The translations under genes were made by a program, and so were the position numbers. A DNA stretch of 20,000 nucleotides from an uncultured virus (IMG/VR IMGVR_UViG_3300034061_005656). Taxonomy: Duplodnaviria > Heunggongvirae > Uroviricota > Caudoviricetes. The stretch lies in the IMG/VR virus record IMGVR_UViG_3300034061_005656. One strand, written 5' to 3'. The notes under the pieces are model-generated. The model searched no databases and was not told the DNA's origin. It saw only the letters and a list, made by a program, of their open reading frames with translations. Positions 14,568-20,000 of this stretch are shown here, one piece after another (position 1 is the stretch's first letter; every line of letters starts with the position of its first letter).

Positions 14568-14918
14568 ATGTGGGTATTTACTCAAGACGGATTCATCAGC
14601 GCGGTCGATAATGGCCACGTTCCAGGCAAGCTTGCGGTTCGCGCACGCGACAAGAAGTCACTCGAGCTTCTCGCGGCTCTTACTCAGCAAGAAATTGTTA
14701 AAAGCAAGAATGCGGACTACCCGTATCGCGTGTTCGTAGCAAAAGACGACTTCACAAACTTTCTTGCATCACACGTAGAAAGTCTCGACTACAGCAATTT
14801 TAAAGATCGCGTGTACTCAACTCGCGGCAATAAGTTTGCTTCTGCTTGCGGTAAAGTCTGGGCAGCGATGCTCGATGTAACCGACAAGGAAGCAATTGGA
14901 ATTGGCTTATACAGCTAA
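14568..14918 (+). CDS. Conserved phage hypothetical protein (MWVFT..GF.S...VRAR...DYPYR...DYSNFK family)
   Basis: Recognisable recurrent phage family pattern; function unknown. Confidence 0.85.
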   Translation: MWVFTQDGFISAVDNGHVPGKLAVRARDKKSLELLAALTQQEIVKSKNADYPYRVFVAKDDFTNFLASHVESLDYSNFKDRVYSTRGNKFASACGKVWAAMLDVTDKEAIGIGLYS

Positions 14919-14937
14919 CTAACTTTAGGAGATAAAA

Positions 14938-15396
14938 ATGTCAAATGAACAATTCACGCCGCCGGTCCCGCCGGCACAAAAGAACACTCAAAGGAACGTC
15001 TGGCTAGCGACGTTGACAGCAGCGGTTGTAGTTTTAGCAGTTGCTATCTTTGTAACTCAGTCTGGGTCTGACTCAAATTCTTCGCCAAGTTTTAATTCAA
15101 GTGCGGTAATCGAAGACAGCCAAAGCCAGAATAAATATGACGACTACTATCAGGCTGTCTTAAACGCTTCCGGCATGGCTAACTCAGAAAGCAAAGCATC
15201 TGTTTTAGAATTCGGCGACTTCGTCTGCGGTCTTCTCGATGACGGCTTTTCAGTCGGTGAAATCCTCGAAGAAATGCGCAAGTATACTACAGGCTCAATG
15301 TTTACTTCAGAGTACGCGGCTGCGGTAATGCTCGGTGCAGTTACGTACCTCTGCCCAGAATACGAAGTTCTTGTAGAAGACTACGTAGGACGATAA
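14938..15396 (+). CDS. Membrane-anchored DUF732-like protein
   Basis: N-terminal TM, Ser-rich linker, then D.YY..L...G...G..VC..L..G...AV..LCP disulfide domain typical of actinobacterial DUF732; SD AGGAG. Confidence 0.75.
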   Translation: MSNEQFTPPVPPAQKNTQRNVWLATLTAAVVVLAVAIFVTQSGSDSNSSPSFNSSAVIEDSQSQNKYDDYYQAVLNASGMANSESKASVLEFGDFVCGLLDDGFSVGEILEEMRKYTTGSMFTSEYAAAVMLGAVTYLCPEYEVLVEDYVGR

Positions 15397-15675
15397 ATGC
15401 CTCGCGTCGCAAAAGACAAAACCAAATACGAGTGCGCCCATTGCCGCCAGCGGTTTGTCAAAATGCTCGACCACATGAATCATGTCATCGAGCAGCACGA
15501 TACTGGGTACAAAGAGCGCGAAGACAGATTGCGTAGACCAATTTCGTGCTGGCGTTGCGGAACACGCGATGTTTACGCGAGCGGAGAAGACAACTGGTTT
15601 TACTGTGATTGCGGTTGGGTGCTACCACGCAATTGGGTAAACGGTCAGCTTGTCATTGACAAGGAAGAACAGTGA
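15397..15675 (+). CDS. C2H2 + C4 zinc-finger protein
   Basis: YECAHCRQRF...HMNHVIEQH (C2H2-like) and CWRC...CDC. Confidence 0.8.
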   Translation: MPRVAKDKTKYECAHCRQRFVKMLDHMNHVIEQHDTGYKEREDRLRRPISCWRCGTRDVYASGEDNWFYCDCGWVLPRNWVNGQLVIDKEEQ

Positions 15676-15827
15676 ACTACATTAAAAGAAAAATTGTTAT
15701 TGGATTGGAAACAGCTTGTGAGCTAACCGGTCACCGTTGGTGTTTTCGCTTGGCAACTTGGTCAATCAAACTTGACCGTCGCTGGGGCACGGGCCTATGG
15801 CGAGAGGTAAGTCAAAATGGCGACTAA
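15672..15827 (+). CDS. Hypothetical protein (51 aa)
   Basis: AAGGA SD, GTGA overlap; ...CELTGHRWC...KLDRRWGTGLW. Confidence 0.6.
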   Translation: MNYIKRKIVIGLETACELTGHRWCFRLATWSIKLDRRWGTGLWREVSQNGD

Positions 15828-16071
15828 AACAAAAGCAGCAGCAACGGCGCATCTTCTTGTAGACACGGACAGGATTGCCGGCTGGATTTTTATTCAAACG
15901 ACAGATGCCGGTACTTATACTTTTGGCCCGTTCGAAGACTACGAAGATCTTCGCATGTGGCTTGCAACAATCGCGGTCGAGTCTAACATTGATGGCAATG
16001 CGGTTCCACTAATAAATCCTGCATCAGAACCCGTCAAATTCTGGGAGCCTTTGTATAAAATTGTCGAGTAG
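15817..16071 (+). CDS. Hypothetical protein (84 aa)
   Basis: GAGAGG SD, FGPF motif. Confidence 0.75.
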   Translation: MATKTKAAATAHLLVDTDRIAGWIFIQTTDAGTYTFGPFEDYEDLRMWLATIAVESNIDGNAVPLINPASEPVKFWEPLYKIVE

Positions 16072-16093
16072 GCACAACCGAAAGGCATGAATA

Positions 16094-16264
16094 GTGGAAG
16101 TCGCACAACGTTTCACGACGGACGAGCTCGCGGATCAACTGCAAAAAGCTGAAGAAAAAGCTGCGCTATGGAAGTCCGTGGCAGCTGGTCTGTACGACTA
16201 TTACTTTCTCGGTACTGGCATTTCCACTTGCATACGAAATTACGAAGATGCCGCAAATGACTGA
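16094..16264 (+). CDS. Hypothetical protein (56 aa)
   Basis: GAAAGG SD, GTG start; hand translation MEVAQRFTTDELADQLQKAEEKAALWKSVA... Confidence 0.6.
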   Translation: MEVAQRFTTDELADQLQKAEEKAALWKSVAAGLYDYYFLGTGISTCIRNYEDAAND

Positions 16265-16418
16265 CATCGTTCAACGGCTGCTCGATGCGCACGCGGACAT
16301 GAGAACTGGCACACGCGAAGAACTAAAAGAAGCCGCTGACGAAATAATTTCTCTCAGAGAAAAACTTCGCGAAGCGCAGACACAGAGTGACCACTGGTTT
16401 ATGCGGTCCACAGAGTAG
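16257..16418 (+). CDS. Small coiled-coil phage protein (53 aa)
   Basis: MTDIVQRL...EAADEI..LR pattern common in phages; overlaps the upstream stop. Confidence 0.7.
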   Translation: MTDIVQRLLDAHADMRTGTREELKEAADEIISLREKLREAQTQSDHWFMRSTE

Positions 16419-16460
16419 AATAAAATACAAGCAGGCGCAAGCAAAAGAAAAGAGGCGTCA

Positions 16461-16877
16461 ATGACAGAACAAGCAGAACCGTTTGATCGGTACAACATGA
16501 CGCCAAACGAATGCATACGTCTTGTAGACGTCATGAACGACATCGTTATTGAAGAACTCAGTCGCCTTGCGGAGCAGGAAGATGACATTGATCAAAGCGA
16601 TCGACATGCGGTTATGGAAAAAATGATCGAAGCGGCTGGAATGACATTTGATGATATTCTTCGTTTCTGCGAAATTGGCGAGTACATCTCAATGGACCGA
16701 GAAACATATGCCATGACGCCAGAGGAAGCCGCGCAGTGGAAGTACCGTCGCGACATTGCGGTGGCAATGATAGAAAACCTGGTAGTTCAAGCGGTTAGTC
16801 AAGGAATCGTTAGCGCCGACGAAGTTGATATCGACCCCAACATTACGATGCTCGAGGAGATTTGGAAGCTTTCGTAA
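16461..16877 (+). CDS. Acidic hypothetical protein (138 aa)
   Basis: AAGAGG SD; stop overlaps motif 16877. Confidence 0.8.
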   Translation: MTEQAEPFDRYNMTPNECIRLVDVMNDIVIEELSRLAEQEDDIDQSDRHAVMEKMIEAAGMTFDDILRFCEIGEYISMDRETYAMTPEEAAQWKYRRDIAVAMIENLVVQAVSQGIVSADEVDIDPNITMLEEIWKLS

Positions 16878-16939
16878 AAACTAAAGTTGTTATAATGATA
16901 CTTACCAGCCACCGTGGCTGGAATGACGAAAGGACAATC

Positions 16940-17149
16940 GTGGAAACGATTACAACAAAGGGCACCGTAGTTGCGGTTCTCACACTCGAAAGCACTGTGC
17001 AAATCTGGGTGGCATCGCCAACTGGTGACTCGTCAGACTCACACATCTTCGAGATGCCGACGACATCTGAATCACACGCTCACGTTATTGCAAGCATGTG
17101 GCGCCAAGTCTGGGGTCTACCAGCAGCCGACTCTCCAGTAGAGTTCTAA
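16940..17149 (+). CDS. Hypothetical cassette protein (69 aa)
   Basis: Motif 16877, leader hairpin, SD GACGAAAGGAC, GTG 16940. Confidence 0.8.
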   Translation: METITTKGTVVAVLTLESTVQIWVASPTGDSSDSHIFEMPTTSESHAHVIASMWRQVWGLPAADSPVEF

Positions 17150-17260
17150 TGTGTAGCGGTTGAGTAACACCGCAAAACCTCATCGCGCTGAGCGGTGTCA
17201 GAGTTACTCACTCAGCACTACCACTTTCCCAACTTGAGTTTGCTACTACGGAAGGACATT

Positions 17261-17827
17261 ATGACATCATCAACATTTATACCAGCCAGCCAAAAGCAAA
17301 TTGACTTTTTGGTTGATCTGTTCGCGACTCGCGTTTGCGAAGCAGAGTTTCGTGAAATTCATAGCGATCTGATTATGAAAGACAGATTGACAAAGGCACA
17401 AGCCAGTGCGGCTATCGACGTTTTGGTCAATGCGCCGCGTAATAAAACCGCCACTACGGTTTCGCCTCTGCAAAAGCTCCTTGCGGACATACCAAAGTCA
17501 AAATACGCTGTCTCGAGCGAAGAACTCATGCTTTCAGACTACGAAGACTCGTTTTCCACAGATATCATTTTTCTAGAGCTAAAAGAGTTCAACGGTGTTC
17601 GCTATGTTCGCCGTTTACACGGTGCGCCTGGCGGCTTCACTCGTGTAAAACTAAAAGCTGACGAAGTAGAGTTTCTATTTAAGATTATTGCAAAAGATCC
17701 GTACAAGCATGCGCGACTTTTTGGAGAGCACTACTCATGCTGCGGCTCGTGTGGGGCAGAGCTTACGGACGCTCGTTCTCGTGAACTTCAGCTAGGGCCA
17801 GAGTGTCGTAAAAAGTTTGGCCTATAG
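17261..17827 (+). CDS. DUF6011-like zinc-ribbon protein (188 aa)
   Basis: SD GGAAGGAC; N-terminal AS.KQ..F...L motif and C-terminal CGSCGAELTDARSRELQLGPEC. Confidence 0.8.
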   Translation: MTSSTFIPASQKQIDFLVDLFATRVCEAEFREIHSDLIMKDRLTKAQASAAIDVLVNAPRNKTATTVSPLQKLLADIPKSKYAVSSEELMLSDYEDSFSTDIIFLELKEFNGVRYVRRLHGAPGGFTRVKLKADEVEFLFKIIAKDPYKHARLFGEHYSCCGSCGAELTDARSRELQLGPECRKKFGL

Positions 17828-17868
17828 TTCTACAGGCGAATACACCAGCGTAGTGTTATAATTGCTTC

Positions 17869-19290
17869 ATGGGTATGAGCCTAATGGAGCAGCTTGCAAA
17901 ACTGTCAGAACAAGAGCGCAATGCGGCTCTTGAAGGCGTTGACATGGAATCGCTTGTCTGGGATTGGAAAGCCTGGGGCAGACCAGAGCAACAAACACCA
18001 GAAGGCGATTGGGCAATCTGGTTATTCCTTGCGGGTCGCGGCGCCGGCAAGACGCGCACGGCAGCGGAATGGGTACGCGAACAAGCCAAGTACACAACAA
18101 CAGGTCAACGACGTTTTGCGCTCGTTGCACGTACTGCAGCTGACGTTCGTGACGTTATCGTTGAAGGTGAATCCGGAATCATCAACGTTTCACCTCCTAG
18201 TGAAAAACCGTTGTATGAACCGTCAAAACGTCGACTAACTTGGCCTAACGGAAATACGGCAACTTGTTTTACGGCAGACGAACCTGACTCACTTCGCGGT
18301 CCTCAATTCACGCATGCTTGGGGCGACGAAGTAGCGGCTTGGAGGCAGACACCAGATGCGGCAGGTATGACTGCGTTTGACAACCTTCGCGTAGGTACTC
18401 GTCTTGGCGCTAATCCACAAATCATGGTTACAACAACGCCCAAGCGTGTGCCGCTACTGTATTCACTGCTTAAAGAGTCTGATCAGTACCCTGGCCGCGT
18501 TGTAGTGTCGCGTGGATCAACGCTTGACAATGCGGGTAACCTATCTAGCGCTTATTTGAACACAATTGTTGGAGTGTACGAAGGAACTCGTCTCGCGGCT
18601 CAAGAACTTTACGGTGAGATGCTTGACGATATTGAAGGCGCTCTTTGGACAATTGAAATGATTGAAAGGTCTCGTCAAACAGCGTACCCAATTGGTACGC
18701 CTTTGCGCGTGATTGGCGTTGACCCATCTGTAGCTGAAAATCCAAGAGACGAATGCGGTATCGTTGTTTGCGCATCAACTGGCGACCGTGACCTTTACAA
18801 ACGTCAAGCATGGGTACTCGAGGATGCAACAATACATGGCTCACCCGAAACCTGGGCGAACAAGGTTGTTGAAATGGCGCGCAAGTGGTCATGCCCAGTT
18901 GTAGCGGAAGTAAACCAAGGCGGTGCGCTTGTGCGGAATGCAATCAATGCAATTGACCCTGCGGTAAAAGTTTTTGAAGTGCATTCAAAATATGGCAAGG
19001 CACTTCGCGCAGAACCTATCACGCTTGCGTACGAACAAGACCGTATTCATCATGTTGGATACCTTGCGGACCTTGAATCACAAATGTGCGCTTGGATTCC
19101 AGGTGAAGGCAAATCACCTGACCGCGTAGACGCATTGGTGCATGCACTAACAGCGCTAATGATCAAACCACCTCAAGGGTTTTTGGGCGGTAAGATTACT
19201 GCCAAATCACCTGCGGCTAGGCGTATGCCAGCGTTCCGCAACGGTAATGGCAATAGCGGTGGAGGAAGAGTGTTCATGCCTAAGCGCTAG
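17869..19290 (+). CDS. terL: Terminase large subunit
   Basis: Walker A AGRGAGKT, LRGPQ..AWGDE Walker B, TTTP coupling motif, nuclease motifs IGVDP and SPDRVDA; leaderless start 7 nt after TGTTATAAT. Confidence 0.95.
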   Translation: MGMSLMEQLAKLSEQERNAALEGVDMESLVWDWKAWGRPEQQTPEGDWAIWLFLAGRGAGKTRTAAEWVREQAKYTTTGQRRFALVARTAADVRDVIVEGESGIINVSPPSEKPLYEPSKRRLTWPNGNTATCFTADEPDSLRGPQFTHAWGDEVAAWRQTPDAAGMTAFDNLRVGTRLGANPQIMVTTTPKRVPLLYSLLKESDQYPGRVVVSRGSTLDNAGNLSSAYLNTIVGVYEGTRLAAQELYGEMLDDIEGALWTIEMIERSRQTAYPIGTPLRVIGVDPSVAENPRDECGIVVCASTGDRDLYKRQAWVLEDATIHGSPETWANKVVEMARKWSCPVVAEVNQGGALVRNAINAIDPAVKVFEVHSKYGKALRAEPITLAYEQDRIHHVGYLADLESQMCAWIPGEGKSPDRVDALVHALTALMIKPPQGFLGGKITAKSPAARRMPAFRNGNGNSGGGRVFMPKR

Positions 19291-19308
19291 GCGTGTATAA
19301 TTACAGGC

Positions 19309-19785
19309 ATGGACGATACAAATTCTCAAGACCAAACCACTGAAACCAAAGACGAATTGGTAGAAGTAGGAAAACTAAAACTTCTCGCTGACGAGATACC
19401 AAAGCCAGAAGAAAAGGTAGACACTGCCAAACCAAAGTCAGAAAACTCTGCTCCTGCGCCTGCAACCAAGTCTGCGCCTGCGCCTGCTGCGGTACACGCG
19501 GTAGTCAGCGGCGAAGCAACTGATGCGGTGTATTTGAGCAAGTGTATCTACAAGAACGCGTTTGCACGCAAGTCTCTGACTGTGCATCACGTGCAACGTC
19601 GTCTCGTTGAGCTTGGTTACAAGGTGGCTGACTCTGACAAGGATGGCTGGTATGGCGACATGACCAAACTGGCTGTGTCTCAGTTTCAAGCTGACAATGG
19701 AACTGAAGGCAATGGCACAATGAATGCCGCTACCTTCTCTGATCTATTCACAGGCGACCACAACGTGACGGTAATCATCGACTAG
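19309..19785 (+). CDS. Peptidoglycan-binding domain protein with low-complexity N-terminus
   Basis: VQRRLVELGY...DGWYGDMTKLAVSQFQADNG...G.MN..T fits PG_binding_1; ATG 8 nt after TATAAT; no catalytic domain visible. Confidence 0.85.
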   Translation: MDDTNSQDQTTETKDELVEVGKLKLLADEIPKPEEKVDTAKPKSENSAPAPATKSAPAPAAVHAVVSGEATDAVYLSKCIYKNAFARKSLTVHHVQRRLVELGYKVADSDKDGWYGDMTKLAVSQFQADNGTEGNGTMNAATFSDLFTGDHNVTVIID

Positions 19786-19821
19786 AGCGGACTCATTGCG
19801 GACCCATAGCGGTCATAGAAC

Positions 19822-19855
19822 AAGACCTTCAGGTTACCTCCTGGAGGTCTTTTTT
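19822..19855 (+). terminator. Intrinsic terminator
   Basis: AAGACCTTCAGG/CCTGGAGGTCTT 12-bp stem, 6-nt loop, T tract. Confidence 0.85.
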
Positions 19856-19861
19856 ATACAC

Positions 19862-20000
19862 CTACACGTCTACACGTCTACACGTCTACACGTCTACACG
19901 TCTACACGTCTACACGTCTACACGTCTACACGTCTACACGTCTACACGTCTACACGTCTACACGTCTACACGTCTACACGTCTACACGTCTACACGTCTA
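19862..20000. repeat. Perfect 8-bp tandem repeat (CTACACGT)n, at least 17 copies, runs off the window
   Basis: Directly visible. Confidence 0.97.

Larger units (their letters stand above)
1..16896 (+). promoter_or_regulatory. Dispersed 20-bp promoter repeat AAAACTAAA(A/G)(T/A)TGTTATAAT, about 35 copies, one per gene cassette
   Basis: Copies start at 1 (partial), 229, 350, 720, 1086, 1448, 1739, 2032, 2264, 3327, 3386, 3618, 3873, 4243, 4487, 4709, 4965, 5294, 5516, 5874, 6336, 6775, 7001, 7298, 7531, 7969, 8213, 8612 (degenerate), 9369 (degenerate), 10834, 11131, 11676, 12222, 14211, 16877. All are on +, contain TATAAT (usually TGnTATAAT), and lie directly upstream of an SD+ATG, a leaderless ATG or a structured non-coding unit. 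Confidence 0.93.

Noticed and set aside
1..16896. Classical integron (attC) or Xer/dif-module array
   Set aside because: No RYYYAAC...GTTRRRY attC structures and no tyrosine recombinase in the window. ATAA-n5-TTAT after the motif superficially resembles dif, but the spacer is 5 rather than 6 nt and there is no XerD arm; it is better explained as -10 plus start-site consensus.
17647..19380. AAAACTAAAA matches at 17647 and 19371
   Set aside because: Both lie inside coding sequence (Lys-Leu-Lys codons) with no downstream TATAAT, so they were not counted as promoter repeats.
5..19720. All minus-strand ORFs in the track
   Set aside because: They are shadows of + strand genes; many contain the translated reverse motif (IITILV/YNNFSF) and lack SD sites or recognisable domains.
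19309..19785. Endolysin call
   Set aside because: Only a peptidoglycan-binding domain is visible, with no amidase, peptidase or glycosidase domain.
19862..20000. Coding repeat (LHVYTSTR)n
   Set aside because: The + frame is open but lies behind a terminator with no evident start or SD.

Overview
A 20-kb segment of a large dsDNA tailed phage, very probably infecting Actinobacteria. Evidence: a WhiB-family regulator, GAAAGGA Shine-Dalgarno sites complementary to the actinobacterial 16S 3' end, many leaderless genes, DUF732-like and DUF6011-like proteins, ThyX, a proteasome-beta/HslV-like Thr protease and a terminase large subunit. All credible genes are on the + strand. The dominant feature is an array of about 35 copies of a 20-bp motif, AAAACTAAA(A/G)(T/A)TGTTATAAT (a conserved box plus an extended -10, with no -35). 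These divide the region, most densely 1-8.6 kb, into mostly one-gene cassettes: promoter motif, short leader or leaderless start, small ORF, often a stop-codon hairpin and GCCGGC box, then the next motif. The array looks recombinationally active. One cassette (WGR-domain gene) is duplicated exactly (408 bp) with ends at the motifs, there are older paralogous cassettes and a truncated stub, and many genes stop inside the next motif. Two cassettes carry structured non-coding units instead of ORFs. One intergenic hairpin displays a loop exactly antisense to the cassettes' GACGAAAGG ribosome-binding leader. The window ends with terL, a peptidoglycan-binding protein, a terminator and a perfect (CTACACGT)n tandem repeat. 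Many real ORFs are under 60 aa and absent from the supplied track; I translated those by hand. Family assignments are by motif recognition only, since no searches were run.
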